A stretch of DNA of 64,000 nt from a bacterium (GTDB lineage Bacteria; UBP15; UBA6099; JAJRTR01): positions 6,716 to 70,715 of the forward strand of contig JAJRTR010000140.1 of NCBI GenBank assembly GCA_024278215.1. The letters run 5' to 3'. Made by a program: the position numbers and the translations under genes. This document shows, one piece after another, positions 63,750 to 64,000 of this stretch. The notes beneath the pieces are model-generated. The model saw nothing but the letters and a program-made list of their open reading frames with translations, had not been told where the DNA came from and searched no databases. Positions within the stretch are counted from its first letter, which is position 1; each line of letters starts with the position of its first letter.

Positions 63750-63784
63750 GGAAACGTCCGATACGGGCGTTTCCTTTGTTTTTG
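63750..63784 (+). terminator. Rho-independent terminator of the trxA operon
   Basis: GGAAACGTCCG-ATA-CGGGCGTTTCC followed by TTTGTTTTTG. Confidence 0.7.
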
Positions 63785-63925
63785 TGAGCGTTTACGCGTG
63801 TACCCGAAAACACAGTGGCCCCCGGAAACAAACAGGAGAGTTCCGAATAGCATCCTGAACAGCAGATTTTCGTTCAGCCCGCAATATTTAACAATACCCG
63901 GCCGGAGGATATAATGAATGCCTGA

Positions 63926-64000
63926 GAGCCAAATGCAAAAAAGCACGTCGAGGACGATTTTATGCCGACAACACAGCTATGGACAATTGCAGCCGACCGC
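63926..64000 (+). mobile_element. Foldback element copy F: internally deleted, truncated by the window end
   Basis: GAGCCAAATGCAAAAAA joins directly to GCACGTCGAGGACGATTTTATGCCGACAACACAGCTATGGACAATTGCAGCCGACCGC, which is the right half of the element. About 85 nt of the left interior is missing. Confidence 0.7.

Overview
64-kb chromosomal window, moderately GC-rich by eye, that looks like an uncultured diderm bacterium. I support about 50 protein genes. No rRNA, tRNA or CRISPR array was recognised. Housekeeping genes: argS, cdsA, trxA, pyrF, ispE, an MtaB-like methylthiotransferase and an acyl-CoA dehydrogenase. They sit among many secreted or envelope proteins: a TolC-like protein, an SLH/SPOR outer-membrane tether, a CsaB-TagA fusion, GH84, a GH2 relic, a urea-transporter/M23 fusion and a flagellin-family orphan. 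Stop codons I checked are mostly TGA, with TAA and at least five genuine TAG stops. Three things stand out. (1) A dispersed ~179-bp foldback element has perfect 16-bp terminal inverted repeats and 4-bp target-site duplications. There are 4 full or near-full copies, one 487-bp variant, one internally deleted copy, two solo ends and one internal fragment, and no transposase for it in the window. It looks like a recently active MITE family. (2) A same-strand redox-signalling locus at 36.4-42.7 kb reads Rrf2 - macro domain - NarI/DsrM-like cytochrome b - HdrD/DsrK-like Fe-S protein fused to a receiver domain - Cys-rich double-PAS histidine kinase - paralogous receiver - second Rrf2. Both the kinase and the stand-alone receiver carry one in-frame TAG each. 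(3) A translationally coupled PqqD-like / ATP-grasp / PLP-decarboxylase cassette is bracketed by an inverted pair of a 24-nt hairpin motif. All family assignments come from motifs read by eye. No database search was run. Self-derived coordinates may be off by 1-2 nt.
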